IMG/VR virus record: IMGVR_UViG_3300020576_003495
Location: 96,001 to 160,000 of that record
Length of the DNA: 64,000 nucleotides
Strand: one strand, 5' to 3'
Origin: a virus
Lineage: Duplodnaviria > Caudoviricetes
Of the stretch, positions 44,331 through 57,973 are shown one piece after another (within the stretch, counting starts at the first letter, position 1; every line of letters starts with the position of its first letter). Below the pieces are notes generated by a model. That model made no database searches, was not told the DNA's origin, and was given only the letters and a program-made list of their open reading frames with translations. Made by a program: the position numbers and the translations under genes.

Positions 44331-44729
44331 ATGAGTTCGTACCTTGTGCTTATTCGAGGTTTGCCGGGGAGCGGGAAGTCGACGCTAGCTAAGTCAATGA
44401 CAGGCTACCGGCATTTTGAGGCGGATCAGTTTTTTGTGGTCGATGGTGTTTACCGCTATGACCCCGCTCTGGCAGGTGCGGCACACCAGCAATGCCAAGA
44501 AAAGACGCATAAGGCTTTGCTATGCGGGGATAACGTGGTGGTCAGTAACACTTTCACGCGCCTGTGGGAAATGGAACCCTACTTTCGTATGGTTGCGTGT
44601 TTGGACGTTACTGTGCGTGTTGTTGAGGCTCTTGGCGAGTACCCTAATGTGCACGGTGTTCCCTCTGAAGTTATTGATAAGATGCGTGCCCGATGGGAGC
44701 CAACACCACTAGAATACTTGACAAACTAA
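44331..44729 (+). CDS. AAA_33-type P-loop kinase
   Basis: RGLPGSGKST, EADQFF, VVSNTF, HGVP. Confidence 0.88.
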   Translation: MSSYLVLIRGLPGSGKSTLAKSMTGYRHFEADQFFVVDGVYRYDPALAGAAHQQCQEKTHKALLCGDNVVVSNTFTRLWEMEPYFRMVACLDVTVRVVEALGEYPNVHGVPSEVIDKMRARWEPTPLEYLTN

Positions 44730-46633
44730 CAGGGTTGTGATACACTGTAGTCTCTTAATCAATGGAGTGATGAATGAAAAAGAATCCGAAAGTCGATGAT
44801 TACGTGGTTCTCAACAAGAATCCAGAAGCGACGATCTTTGTAGTGACGGGTGTTGATGGGCGTAATGTGACCATCATCGACTCTAATATTCCTGCCAACG
44901 TCAAGCAGCGTGGCTACACGTGCGACATAAGCCTTGTTCAACTGGCAACCAAGAAGCAGTTGGCAGCATGAAAAACCCACCTGTACTTGGATCATACGTT
45001 GTGCTGGCGTCAAACGACGAAGCCGACTTCTATTTGGTGGTCAACGTCTGCGGTGATTATGTTGACCTATTACCCTACGGTGCGCTAGGTGTTAAGCGCA
45101 GACCCATAACCCAAACGTGTGAGTTTTCCTTGGTTCAGTACCCGCAGGGAAAACAAATCGAACGGCTTTATAGCTTACATGATGAAAGGGTGTGCAATGA
45201 GTGTTAAGACGACAGGATCGTTGTTCAAGAAGTTTTATGATGATCCATCCGTATGGCTTGACGGTTATTATCACGATGATACCGTTATTACGGTGGACGG
45301 AAAGCTTGACGAAGGCGACATTGACCTTGCGGAAGTCCAAGACGCCGCTGTTGTCGTGGTGTCTTCTGGCTGGATCATCAATGCTGACGGTGCTGCGGTT
45401 GTCGACTTTGGTGCGGCGTTGAAGCGATGGCTGAAAAAGCAAGACACGGTTTCGTTGGTTGTCGAGTGCGATGCTTCCGTTCTGGAAGCTGTTAAAGCAG
45501 CGATTAAAGCTGCGGGGGGAAAGGCTATATCATGAGCATTGTTGCTTACGCAGGAAAGCCTCATATTGACCTTCGGGGTCAAGACGGTAATGCGTTCGTT
45601 CTTATGAATCAGGCTAGCCGTTTTTCACGGCAGTTGAATATGGACGCAAAGCCTATTCTTGCCGAAATGATGAGCAGTGATTACGATAATTTGGTCAATA
45701 CCTTCGATAAGTATTTCGGGGATGTTGTTGATCTTGTTCGGTAGGGGGGGGGTAGCGATGCTTACGAGTGTAGTTCCGGGTTTTGAAGGTAATTGCAAGC
45801 CTGTGTGGTTGAACAGGAATCAAATCTACATCAGACAGTCTGGTGGTGTTACGGGGTTCTTTCGCCTGACCAAGAAGTTGGCATGGCTTCCAATAACAAT
45901 CAAAACTGGCAAAGAGTTCCACGGAATTATCCGTGGGGGTGTTGTCTATTCAACAGAAGGGCTAGGATCATGCTGATGTTTCCTAACAAGGCGGGGGATC
46001 ACGCTGACACCGATGATATTCTTCGGGGAGAACTGAAAGCAGCGGGGATTCCTACGCTACAAGAGGCTGACGGAAAGCCGCCTGAGTACATGGCTGACAT
46101 GCTGCGCAGGGGTAGTGGAGAAGTGAAAACGTCCGTTATGGGCGTTCTACACGGTTGGGAGTTTAAGCGTGCGTGGTATTACTGGATGTGCAGTGGCCCC
46201 GGCATTGAGCTTGCTGCGGCAGAGCGTTTACAGGAAGATCACGGTACTGTTGTGCGTGCTGCTGGCGACTGTGCATGTCGAGGGCCGCGTTTCTGGTTTG
46301 ATGGTCTGGCATGTGGGAGCTACCATGTGGATAGTCCTGAAGGACTTAAGGCGCTGGCGGATACGATTAAGTCTTTGGTGAATAGGGGTGCGTCAGAATG
46401 AAAATATGGGCGTTGTTCAGTGTGTCGTGTGACTACGATCAACCACCAAACAACCTTGAAGCGTGGTGGGTTAACAAGCCGGATAAAAAACAGCTACGTG
46501 CTGTTATCTATCCAGAGCAAAAAGAATTCAACGAGGAAAATTCCGTGGCAATGGAAAAACTTCTCAACGGGGGATCACTGAGCATTGAGTACGTAGTTGA
46601 TTATCGACTCGAACAACTAGAGGAAGGTGCAGT

Positions 46634-46957
46634 ATGAGTCTTGATGTTTATTTGGAAAAAGTTGAGCCATGCGAGGTCTATAGCGATAACATCACGCACA
46701 ACTTGAATGTGATGGCAAAAGAGGCGGGGTTGTATTTCGCCCTTTGGCGTCCCGATGAAGTTGGCTTAACGAGAGCAAAAGAACTTATCCCGCTGCTTAC
46801 GGATGGTCTGTACAAGCTGATAGAAGACCCCGAGCGATTTAAGGCGATGAACCCGATCAACGGTTGGGGCGATTACGATGGTCTGGTAGCCTTTGTTTCG
46901 GAGTACTTGAAAGCCTGTATTGCTAATCCTGATGCTCGCGTCAGGGTTTCACGATAG
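46634..46957 (+). CDS. conserved phage hypothetical protein
   Basis: MSLDVYL...NITHNL...NGWGDY. Confidence 0.7.
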   Translation: MSLDVYLEKVEPCEVYSDNITHNLNVMAKEAGLYFALWRPDEVGLTRAKELIPLLTDGLYKLIEDPERFKAMNPINGWGDYDGLVAFVSEYLKACIANPDARVRVSR

Positions 46958-47815
46958 GAGCAGCAAGCATGAATCACACAATACAGCCCTTGGAAAAGGA
47001 CGGTCACGGTGTTCTACGTTTTAAGTCAAACAAGATCGTCAGTTATTTATTAGATAACGGGGGGATCGACATGAACCATCTGGCCGTGCAGAACTTTAGC
47101 GACGAAGACCGTCAGCAGTTCGCTCAGTTGATCGGCTACAGCCTGAGCGGTTATGGTGATTTGAGTTACGTGAGTGACGAGGCTTACACTGCGGCTTCTG
47201 ATGCGGCCAGTGGCTTTATACTTAAGGAAGAAGCGCAATGATTCCAACGTTTTCTTGGGAAGGTGAGACTGATAGCCCCGGTGGCGTGGCGACCTATACC
47301 TGTGGTCGTGAAAAGATTACGGTGCCGCTGCAAAAGTTTACACAGGCGATTGATGTGAACAACATTTTGCTCAAAGCGTATTCTATGGGCGGCTCTGATG
47401 CACGAAACAGGCTTCGCAGCGGTGTTGATCGTGTGTTTTCCGATGACCTGTCTAACAACTTATCTGTCGGCAAGCCGATAGACTATTGACAAATTGGGCT
47501 GCTTGGTATAGTCTAAACACATCGAATAAGGAATAAGAAGCCAGATGACACCGAAACAACTGCATGATTACTGTGTAGCGGCTGCTTCCCAGTGCCCACA
47601 GTACCCTATGAAGAATTGGAGGTATGGTGACCCCGCTTATGGTGTGAAGTATAGCACGCTGGAACGGGTGGCTAATTACTGGTTAAATGATCGTACCTTG
47701 TGGCACTACGGCTATAACGTGCATTTAGACGGAGCGGCGTCTGATTTTTTTTCTGGTCTGTGGAAGGCGAAGCGTAAGGCTGTGTTTGACTTTTGCAAAG
47801 AACACGAACAGCGGT

Positions 47816-48248
47816 AAGAAAACTGATAGTACCGTGGAGTAGTGCCGAGTACGTGGAGGGTAATTACCCGATGAAGCGCGGCAGGGTGCCAAAACCTATC
47901 ACCCACACCTGACCCGTGTGGGGTAAGCAGAATGCTGACGGTTAGGTGTGGTCGACCTTATACCTTGCGGGATAAGTGGATCGGGGAGTCCCCTGCAAGT
48001 AACGTCGTGATGATTCCCCATAGGAGAACGAAACCAAAAACCCGCTTGTAAGCGTAATGAACTGGACTCAGAGATTCTGGTAAACACGCTATTCAAATAC
48101 AGGGGCTGGTACCAACAGGAAAACATCAAAACGGTAAACAGAGAGATGATTAAATGAAAAGGGTTTTAAGTCTTCACAGTGAGGCAAGGCGGCGAATGGC
48201 CTGTAGACGCAGCACCCCACCAACATGAGCCTTGGTGGTTTTTTCTTT
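47816..48248 (+). ncRNA. large structured ncRNA candidate
   Basis: ORF-free gap in a gene-dense region with many hairpins. Confidence 0.5.
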
Positions 48249-50329
48249 AGGAACTGTACTTTGACAACCGATTCTAATAAAGTATTCATTGTCAAGCTTA
48301 GCAACGGTAACTGGCCTGTGCTGTCACGCGACAAGCCGAGTGTAGAGCGTTCACTGGCCTATTGGAAGAAGCTGGACGCCAACGCCAAGATGGTTTCTGC
48401 AACGCTTAGCGAAGATGAATCTATACAGGATTTTGCTGATAACCTTGACCTTTCGAAAGGAACAGATTAATGGGTGATGTGGCTGACATGATGCTAGATG
48501 GCACTCTCTGTGAGGGCTGCGGCGTGTATATGGGCGGTGAGGTTGGTTACCCTCGTCGGTGCTCATCCTGCCGAAAAGAACAGCGTGTGGACGCAATACG
48601 TGCTGCTACGCATGCGCATAACCGTGATAAGAAAACAGCTTGTCCTCAATGCGGTAAGCGGGTGAAGATAGTTGGTTTATCCGACCATATGAGGGATTCA
48701 CACGCAGTAAAATCTACCCCATAAAACGTATGTTTTAGGGTAGTTTTACCCCATATTTTTACCCCACATTTTTTAGGGAGATTTTCATGGATTTTGGTGA
48801 CTTTTTAGAGCGCATGAAAAGAGTAAATACATTCTCTGGCACACGGGCTGGCGACCTGAAAGTACGCATCAAAGTTTGTTCTCCGGGGGGCTTGGGAGCC
48901 ACACCAACGGTCGAGGTTAAGTCCGTTATGCGCGGCATAGACTGGGATAGTGGAAGCTTTCTAATAACGCCTGAGAAGCCCCTTACCGTTCTCACGGATG
49001 AACAACTTGAAGCGGTCAAGAAGGTGGCTAAGGACGCCCAATCCTACGAGTCGTATGCCTACAACAAAAAGCTGAAGGCTGAAAATGCCGCCTTAGCTAA
49101 AGAGAACAAGCGCCTCTCGGAAGAATTGGCGCTGTTAAAGGCATGCTACAAAGTGGATTCCGGTACTGTGTCAACCCCGCTCCCCCCTATCACAGTGGAC
49201 ATTCCTGTCGGGGTTGCGTTTGAGCCTGTTGTTCCAAAGCCTGAGAACACACCCGCATCACCCTACACCACCAAGGTTTCTTTGTTCGCTACCAAAAACG
49301 GTAAGCCTATAACTTGACAAAGTGTGGTGCTTGTAGTAACCTAGTGCGTATTGAATACGGAGATTCTTGATGGCACAAACATTATGTGAGTTTGTTGATG
49401 AGCAGAGAAAAATTCTTCTTGAGTTTAAGGCGTGGTGGACTAAAAAGAACATGGAAAACCCAGAAGGTTTCCCTCTCAATATGCCCGATGGTAACGATGG
49501 TTTATGGGTAGAGATGCTGCTTAATTTCACTGAGTTCAAAAACTCTGATGGTTGTCACGGATTCTATGATTGAAATTACTTGCAACGGAGTGTGCTGTGG
49601 CGATTGCGTACAAGAAGTTCACATCGGGTAGGGTAGCATCCTCTGCGGGTGTTACGGCGCTGTTGCGTGAGTCGTGGGGTCGTCTTTCTGAGTTGAATTT
49701 CCTGTTTGACTGTCATCAGCAAGGCGATTGGGGCTACGTGACACGGGAAGAAGCCTACGCTAACGAGTTGCGCTTGAAGAACGATGAGCCTGTTCAGTCA
49801 AAGTTTCTTTTGGGCGGACACGAGATACGAATAACCACGTCGGGGGATCGTAGCGTCACCACGGCATTTTTGGAGTACGAGGAATGAGTGCTAAGAAAAA
49901 GTTGAATCCGGCGTCTAGGCTAGCCGTGGACGAACTTTGTTCCACTGCTATGACTTGGGGTTGGGAATCAGACCAAGGAAACGGTAACGCTGTTGTTCGA
50001 GCAGAAAAGCGGTTCATTGAAGCCAAAGCGGCTATGGAAAAGCGGCTGCGATACCTTGAATCACAGCTTAAAAAGCATCGTCATTTGGTAATACTGTTGG
50101 GGGATCACAGTGAGTAAAAAACTGAGTGACTACAAGCAGTACAAGGGGAACAATGACTTCGAAGACCTGCTTGAAGAAGCCCGTATGGCAGCGGATAGTG
50201 ACGTAGCTGAAGAATTCGTTAAGTCGCTGATTGAAAACCACAAAAAGTGGGGGGCTGGCCTATTTCTAAGCGATAAGCAGCATGACTGGCTGTTAAAGAT
50301 AGCCGAGTGGGACGATTGATGGTGCTATT

Positions 50330-50944
50330 TTGAAAAAAAGAGCCGACCTATCTGGTTTAGTTTTCGGACGACTCACCGTTATTGGTGATCCGCTTTACGA
50401 CGGTAAGCGGTGGTGGTGGAACTGCACTTGTTCTTGTGGTAAATCTATTGTTGTACGGACAGGTAATTTGGTTAATGGGGGAACAAAGTCGTGTGGTTGT
50501 TCTCGTTCTGATGTAGTGGGCGTAAGAAGCCCCACTTTTAAGCACGGTAGATCAAAAACAAAAACATACTATGTATGGTGTACTATGAAAGACAGGTGCT
50601 ACCGCAAAGAGGGCAAGCAGTACGTAAATTATGGTGGTCGCGGTATTGATGTGTGCAGCGAGTGGCATAACTTCGATAAGTTTTACGCTGATATGGGCGA
50701 GAAGCCAGTAGGCATGTCACTAGAGCGGATAGACAATACTAAGGGTTACAGCCCGGAAAATTGTGAATGGGCTTCTCGTAAGACACAGGGCCGAAACACT
50801 AGAGCGAATATATTGGTGCAGTATGATGGTAGATCACAGTGCTTGTCTGCGTGGTGTGAGGAATTGAACCTGCCCTATGATAAGACGCACAACAGACTAA
50901 CTAACCTTAAGTGGTCTGTAGATCGTTGTTTTACTACTAATTGA
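50330..50944 (+). CDS. HNH-type homing endonuclease
   Basis: FGRLTV, C.CSCG, KSCGC, YGGRGI.VC..W, LERIDNTKGYSPENC.WA. Confidence 0.88.
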   Translation: MKKRADLSGLVFGRLTVIGDPLYDGKRWWWNCTCSCGKSIVVRTGNLVNGGTKSCGCSRSDVVGVRSPTFKHGRSKTKTYYVWCTMKDRCYRKEGKQYVNYGGRGIDVCSEWHNFDKFYADMGEKPVGMSLERIDNTKGYSPENCEWASRKTQGRNTRANILVQYDGRSQCLSAWCEELNLPYDKTHNRLTNLKWSVDRCFTTN

Positions 50945-51692
50945 ATTGGCTACTCAACATAGCTGATTGGGATTCTTAACAAGGGGGGTTATATGGCAAT
51001 TAAGAGTTTGAGGCATCTACGAGATTCCTTTTGGGAGTCTCATCACTACCAAAGGGTGAAGGGTAAAACGCAGAACGATTACCCTGTGGACGTTCGCATG
51101 GCGTGGTGTGGCTACGTTGAGTGCTTGCATCGTGACGGGGAAATCTCCGATGAACTGGCTCAGGATGCAACGCTGTGAACGTTTATGGGTGGCTTTTTCT
51201 GGTTTCCTTTCTGGTGCTACAAGTCGGGATATACATCCGCTACAGGCAAACCTTCAGTGATCCACACGACAAATACGTAATCGGAAAAAAATTCGCTAAT
51301 AGCGTGCTGCGGGACAGTAGCGATAAGGCATCTGCTATGAATGCGTTAAGGGCTATGGCCGAAAACCCATTTGACTACGATGACTTTGATTGTGGGATTG
51401 AGGACGCCCTTCACGGCTACGAAGTTAATCATCTGGATTAATCTTTCCGCTCCCCGTGCGTAGCCTTTTTCGAAAGGTGAATCTGTGGCGGGAAACTACA
51501 GGAACGGGGAGCACCTTACACCGGGTTTTGCGATGGACATTGTAGCTAAGTTTATGCTTTATTTAGTCTGGCTGTCAGCAGGAGCCTATTTGTTGGGTAG
51601 AGTGCAGACTAGGAAAGGTCTTGTCCTAGCGGCGTTGGCATTGGCTTGCACTTTGTTCGTACTTCCAAAATTTACATTAACGTGGGGTGGTG

Positions 51693-52163
51693 ATGCGGCA
51701 CAAGCGGTTGTACAAAAAGAAGGACACAGTACAAAGGATTAAGCGAGAAGAAAAATTAGAACGCGAAAAAGAGAAGAAGGTCTTATGCCCCTACTGTATA
51801 ACTCGTGCAGTATTGGTAGCGGGTGATGTTATTTATCCCCACCGCCCTGACCTGCATTCCCTCAATTTCTGGTTTTGTCGTGACTGTAGCGCTTATGTGG
51901 GGTGCCACAAAGAAAATTACGCGATGGGTTACGATGGCACAGAGCCGCTAGGAAAACTGGCAAATAGAGAACTTCGCATAGCTCGAATGAAAGCCCACCA
52001 TGCTTTTGATCCTGTGTGGAAAGAGGGGAAGAACACACGAAGTTTTGCTTATCTCTGGCTGGCAGACCACATGGACTTAACAGTAGCCGAGTGCCATATT
52101 GGGATGATGAATCTCGAACAGTGCGCCAGAGTGCTGGAACTGGTAGCAGAGCACTATGGCTGA
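51693..52163 (+). CDS. DUF3268-like zinc-finger protein
   Basis: CPYC, IYPHRPDL, C.AYVGCH, PLG.LAN.ELR..R..AH..FD. Confidence 0.8.
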   Translation: MRHKRLYKKKDTVQRIKREEKLEREKEKKVLCPYCITRAVLVAGDVIYPHRPDLHSLNFWFCRDCSAYVGCHKENYAMGYDGTEPLGKLANRELRIARMKAHHAFDPVWKEGKNTRSFAYLWLADHMDLTVAECHIGMMNLEQCARVLELVAEHYG

Positions 52164-54731
52164 TTTCTCTTGACAAACGTGGTGAGTTGTGGGATACTGT
52201 ACTTAATTAATAAACGGAGTGGCTACAAAATGTCAAGACTGGATTCGGTTACTGAAAAGAAAAAGATGCGTACAATCGCCATTGTTTTGGGTGACAACGA
52301 CTTTGGCCTGACGTTTATGCCGCTACTCGAAACGCTCAATAACGCGATTCAATACAACGGTGAGTTGTCTGAAGACTGTGTACGTGCCTTCGTCAAAGAC
52401 GCTGCCCTTTCTCACTACAAAGCTTTTCAGCGGGGTTCGACTTGGGGTGACGATGGTTACGGCACCTTTGAACACACGGAGAAGTACCTTCAAAAAGCTA
52501 AGGTGTTGTTTGATGATGAGGCCGAAGCCGACATTGCCACACGCTTTAAAAATGGTGAGGCTTGGTATCTTGAAATTCCCACGGGCAAAGTGTATTCGTA
52601 CTAATCAACGGAGTGATAAGTGATGGGGGTTAAATTATTTATTAGATCGGCGCTGTGTACTCTTGGAGTGCATGGCCCGAACTGGTACGGAAACAAGTCA
52701 CGCCCTACGAGCTATCGTGATCCAGACCTACCCTTTAATCGTAGCTGTACATATTGCGGTGAGCAGTGGTATGGTACACAAGTTTATGGGCGTACAAGGC
52801 GCTACTTGGGGGATTGGAAAACCAAAGAGCAGCTAATTGAAACAGGCGAATGGCAGGAGATTGTCGCCGGAAAGGAAAAAGCATGACACTGTTTATTATT
52901 CTTGTGCTGTATATCCTGCTAGTTTGCCTAGTCGGGGGCTTCGTTGGGTTTAGTGACCAAACAAATCATTCTCTTACTCTACGATGAGCGAGCAAGAGTT
53001 GAGAGAAAAGCTGGTACAGCTTATGGCTGATGCGTCCTACAGCATGTCAGCAGACGCTATCTACGGGGCTTTTGTTACGGTAACTCGTGCGGCTGAACTA
53101 GCCTATGTGTCGGAACTGACAGAAGCGGTGGGTAAGTAGCCGTGGTTCCTTTGGACACGTATGGGACGTGCTTGGGTACGCACAGCATGCCTACGTCTGG
53201 TGTGACTACTACCACCATGGATTACGCCATGCTAGAGCGTAGGATAATGCTGATCAATGGTATGACCTACGCGACGTTTAGGGTGCCGTCTAAACTTTCA
53301 GAATACACTACAGCGTACAGCATTCCTACGACATCGGTTTTGTGCCGTCCTGTCCCCGCACCCCCGCCGAAGAATTGGCGGTGGTATGATGTATTCAGGA
53401 CGTTTGAAGAAAAAAAGACATGCCCTGATGATTGTAGGACACCTTATTTTTTCAGGAAGAATAAAAAGGGTTGTTCTCAAAAACAAGTGCGGGATCAAAA
53501 GAGAAAATCGTATATCGAGCGACTAAAGTTTGATTGGAAATTGCAATGACTACATCATGTATTACCGGGCAGTTCTGTGGTCACTGTGGGCGACCTGTGC
53601 TTAACGCCTTTTACATCTGGGGGATTGCATACCACTATGAGTGCACCCAATCACCCTACGCGCAATGCAGCAGCGTCCCCGCTGATGCGACAAAGGTTAG
53701 TCCTCACGCAAAGAAGCCCCTGCATTGGTTTTACAACGGGTTTTAATTATTGACAAACTAGCCTAGTGCGGCTATACTGTAGCCATATTCATAGTCATAG
53801 AGGTTTTATATGGGCGAAAATCTGAACAGCTTAGAAGGTTTCAGTGATTTAACTTCACTGATGATGGATTCTTACCTGTTGATGGTAGCGGCACAAGCGA
53901 GTAGACCAGTTCAGTCAGGCACCTTTACTGCCCTTGATGACTACCCCGCCCTGAAGTCGTTGGTGGAAAAAAACCTTCCTGAGTACAACAGCCTTTTTTC
54001 TTCTTTTACGGAGCCGAAGCGTACCGACAGAAGAAAAAAGTCTAGGGTCGCCCATGCCTAGCGTAAGTCACGAACCCCGTATTGTTGGGGGCTGTTCTCT
54101 CCATGAGCAGTACGATCCTGAGAAGTGTCCAAAGGAAAGCCATGATCCCAAAGTGCGTAGGGAAAAGTGTGGTTTTGCGCGATGCGTAGACTGCTGCAAG
54201 CAGCAAGACGACATGGATATTGACGAGTGTAGCAAGTGCGGTCGTCAGCGTATGGTGCCGTGTTATTTCGATGAGGAATGTTCGTGACATGAGCGATTGT
54301 TGGGATCACATGGTGGACGCCTATGAGAGCGCAGACCATGGGTATGACTATAACCACGAGGGTAGCGGTGGGGGCTATCCGCCTAAGCCACCGACCTGTA
54401 GTAATTGTGGGAAAAATGGTTTATCGTGGGGGATTTATGGTCAAGGCTATCGCCTGTTTGAACACGGTAAGCTGCATGTATGTGACGCCAAAGGCTTTAA
54501 GGAACAAATGAGGAAGTTGTTTGGGCGTTGCAATTAATTTCATTCGAGGCAGGTGATGAACGGACATTGTTCTACGTGTGATGTTGAAGATAAGTGCGCT
54601 TACCCGTACAAGCCGTGTGACTGCTGTAACTATCGTAAGTTTGTAAAAAAGATAAACCCTAGCTCTATGCCTGAGCCTTACTACGGGCGGAAAAAAGCTC
54701 AGGTTATACCTTTTATTAGATTGGTGAAGAA

Positions 54732-55295
54732 ATGACTGATAAAACCTTAAGACAAACCGTGTTTGAAATAATCAATGATGCTGGTAGGGAGTTTCTACAG
54801 GGTGATGGTGAGCCTTTTGACTTTGAAGCACACTTAGCCCTTCAAAGGGAGTGGTCAGAGAGCACGTTCGGCCCTGACCCACGGGTTAATGGGATTGTTT
54901 CTCACATCAGGAAAGAGTTGGACGAGATTCTTGCTGACCCTACGGATTTATACGAGTGGATTGACGTGGCTATTCTTGCGCTTGATGGGGCTTGGCGTGC
55001 AGGGTATTCTCCAAAGGAAATCATTGCCGCGCTGGTAGCGAAACAGCAAAAGAACCTGTTGCGTAAGTGGCCTGATTGGAGAACAGCACCCCCAGACACA
55101 GTGATTGAGCATGTACGGGATGAGCGAGAACCCGTAAGGACGGCTGCTGGGGAGTTGGAGCAGTTCACGATACGTTCAGAGCGCGGAAACCTGTTCCGCT
55201 GTGACTGCGGCTGTAACGTATTCCACAAGCCAGACAATACTAGGCTAAGGCATTACAAGTGCAATGGTTGCGAGGCCGAGTACGATGGGGAGTAG
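54732..55295 (+). CDS. DUF550-type dNTP pyrophosphohydrolase (MazG-like)
   Basis: WSESTFGP, HIRKELDEI, EWIDVAILALDGAWRAG. Confidence 0.85.
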   Translation: MTDKTLRQTVFEIINDAGREFLQGDGEPFDFEAHLALQREWSESTFGPDPRVNGIVSHIRKELDEILADPTDLYEWIDVAILALDGAWRAGYSPKEIIAALVAKQQKNLLRKWPDWRTAPPDTVIEHVRDEREPVRTAAGELEQFTIRSERGNLFRCDCGCNVFHKPDNTRLRHYKCNGCEAEYDGE

Positions 55296-56242
55296 TCCGA
55301 AGGATAGACTTGACCTGCTTGAGAAGATTGTGAATGACATGTTATTGATTCAGTTGGGTGGTGTAGATCGACGTATCGCACACCTTGAAAGCGAGAACAA
55401 AAAACAGTGGGCGCTGTTCAAAAACCAATCCAACTTGATGGAAAGCATGCGCCGGGAGATTAAAGAGTTGAAAGAAAAAACACGCTTGGGTGCGGTGGGT
55501 GAATGAAGTACCCTGTTTATGTGGTTCGGTCTGAGCATGACAGAGATGTTATTCTTGAAGGGTGCCCATCTAACCTTGAGAGAATGGACAAGCGCGTTAT
55601 AGGCTTGTTGTGGTCGGAACGTTACAGGGCGCATACCTGTAGAATCAGGGTAGATGGGGTTCGGTGCCATCGCATTGTGTCGGTAACACCTAAAGGCGTC
55701 TATTGGGCGAGGGGTTAAATGCACCCAACGACAGGCTGTAGAGTCAAGCTGACCAAGGACATTTACGATGATGGTGAGGATCATCATCCCCCCGGCTACA
55801 TCGCGTATCTCGGGGAGACAGTTATCGTCAAAGATGTTTATGGGTCAGGGCGTATTGTTGTGGCTCATGAAGGAAATCCGGGGGGCTTTTTTGTTTACCC
55901 CGGTGAGTATGAAACAGTGGGGATTATATGAAACTGGAAATAACCAAAAATGTTAGTCAAACGGAAACCATCGACGTGGAGTTCCCTTTCTACTACAAGA
56001 ATGATATGCTGCTGGATGACATTGACTACATCATCTATGGAAAGATAGAGCCGATGTTGCACACCAAAATCCATGTGATTAAAAACTACAGGGACAAGCG
56101 GTTTGATTTTCAACTCGAACACGAAAAGCCTAACTTTGCACAGTTGGGCTGCTATTTTGTTGATGGTGACTATGCGAGCAACGAGGCCGAGTATCTTGCG
56201 GCAAAGACAGCACTAATCGCTGAGGCGAACGAGGCTTAACCA

Positions 56243-56548
56243 ATGGGAAGTTTATTAGAATCTCTGTTGTTCCCCACGACGCCTATTGCTCCCCCAAAAA
56301 TAGCCAAGAAGAAGTTGGTGGGGATCGTAAAGAAACAAAGAAGCAGAGCAGACAATGACGACCTGATTCTATCCAAAATGTCCAAGGACAAAGGAAAGAC
56401 CACCCATGATTTAGTGGGGCTAACAGGATTGAGTATCGGCGTGGTCAGAGAGTCTTTCCGGCGTCTATCAGAGAGTGGTGCAATTACTTGCACCAGACCC
56501 TACATCCAAGGGAACGAACGACGCCATGGCCTGTGGGTTAAAAGTTAG
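56243..56548 (+). CDS. winged-HTH DNA-binding protein
   Basis: TTHDL...GLS...L...GAI; similar to 22515..22832. Confidence 0.6.
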   Translation: MGSLLESLLFPTTPIAPPKIAKKKLVGIVKKQRSRADNDDLILSKMSKDKGKTTHDLVGLTGLSIGVVRESFRRLSESGAITCTRPYIQGNERRHGLWVKS

Positions 56549-57439
56549 GGTGGGGAGTCATGAGTCTAACAAGTGAACCATTAACACCAGTAGAAGAAGC
56601 CGCCTTCAAAAAAGGCGCACGTGCCATGTACGACTATCTTCTAATACGAATCGCAAACAACTATCACTGTCGTCATGAAGTTCAGGCTATATGTACGGCA
56701 GAGAATGATTTGGTAAAAGAATGGGCCGAGGATGCTTTGGCTGAAGTATCTCCCGAAGACTACGCTCAATGGATTTCAATCAACGAAGCCTACACACGCG
56801 CCTACGCCCAAGGCAAGCAAGACGAACGTTCAAGCTGGCTTCGTGAGTGTGCAGAAGAGGACGATGTTGATACCGTGGTCAGGCGCATGGGCTACGGAAC
56901 AAGCCATTCACCTAAAGGATGAAACATGGAAGTATGCCCTAGCTATCCTAACGGGGTTGTTCAGTGTGCCTTTACTCTAATATTTGGGACGGGTTTAGCT
57001 GTAGTTGTCTTGCTACTCATTGCATCATTGGTGGAAGTATTATTAAACGACTAATTTTGGGGATCATAATGTCCACTACATGCAGACTCTGTAACAAACG
57101 CGGCAGCGAACTTCGGGGGAGCTATTTAACAAGAGTCAACCCACTAGGAGAAATAGGTATATGGGAGTGTAGACCTTCCTGCACATCAAACCACACACAA
57201 GAAGAACTTCTACTCATGGCACTGGAATCAAACGACACCAGTTCGGGGGACAGTGTTAACAAAAAATCAACACTAACCACAGAAGAAGCACTAAAACTAA
57301 TGGGTGAACGAACACAGTACCCGAGCAGCATTACAGTCATCCTCAAGGGAAGAAAGGATACCCCTAAATAATCCTTGACAAACTGTATTATGTAGGTGAT
57401 AATACAAATCATAGAACATAGACATTACGGAGAATGTGA

Positions 57440-57973
57440 ATGAAAGTCAGAAACGAAGACCCAGCGCCTTACAGAGTTGATGTTGCTGCGGCTATACAAC
57501 GGCAAGAAGACAACAAGAATGCCAATGATAAATAGCGTGATGATCTGATTATTGCTAAGGCAATCAGTATCTTAGAGAAGCGTCTGCACAAGGCAAAGGA
57601 CGTGTTGGATAGCCCGAGTCTGGTTATGGACTTCCTGCGGCTTAACTATTCCTTGCTCGAACGTGAGCACTTCGGCGTGTTCTACCTTACGGTTCAGAAC
57701 GGTCTGATCAAGTACGACGTTGAATTTAACGGGACGCTATCACAGTGTTCTGTACATCCCCGTGAGATTGTAAAGAAAGCCCTCGCATTGAACGCTGGCG
57801 CTGTGGTGTTCTGCCATAACCATCCTTCGGGGCTGGCAAAGCCGAGCGGGGCGGATGTTAACCTTACTAACTCCCTGAAAGCAGCACTTGCCTTGGTGGA
57901 CGTTCGTGTTCTGGATCATCTGATCGTGGGTCAGATGGAAATGGTTTCCATGGCTGAAGCGGGGCTGATCTAA
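57440..57973 (+). pseudogene. RadC-like JAB domain gene with in-frame TAG at 57533
   Basis: EREHF, VHPREIVK, HNHPSG...S..D, VLDHLIVG; upstream reading frame continues through one amber codon. Confidence 0.8.

Noticed and set aside
47880-48055. RNase P RNA (CAGGGTGCCA and AAAACCCGCTT strings)
   Set aside because: The conserved GAGGAAAGTCC element and P4 pairing are absent.
57533-57535. Genome-wide amber recoding
   Set aside because: Other genes end normally at TAG, coding density is high in the standard code and no CTA-anticodon tRNA was seen.
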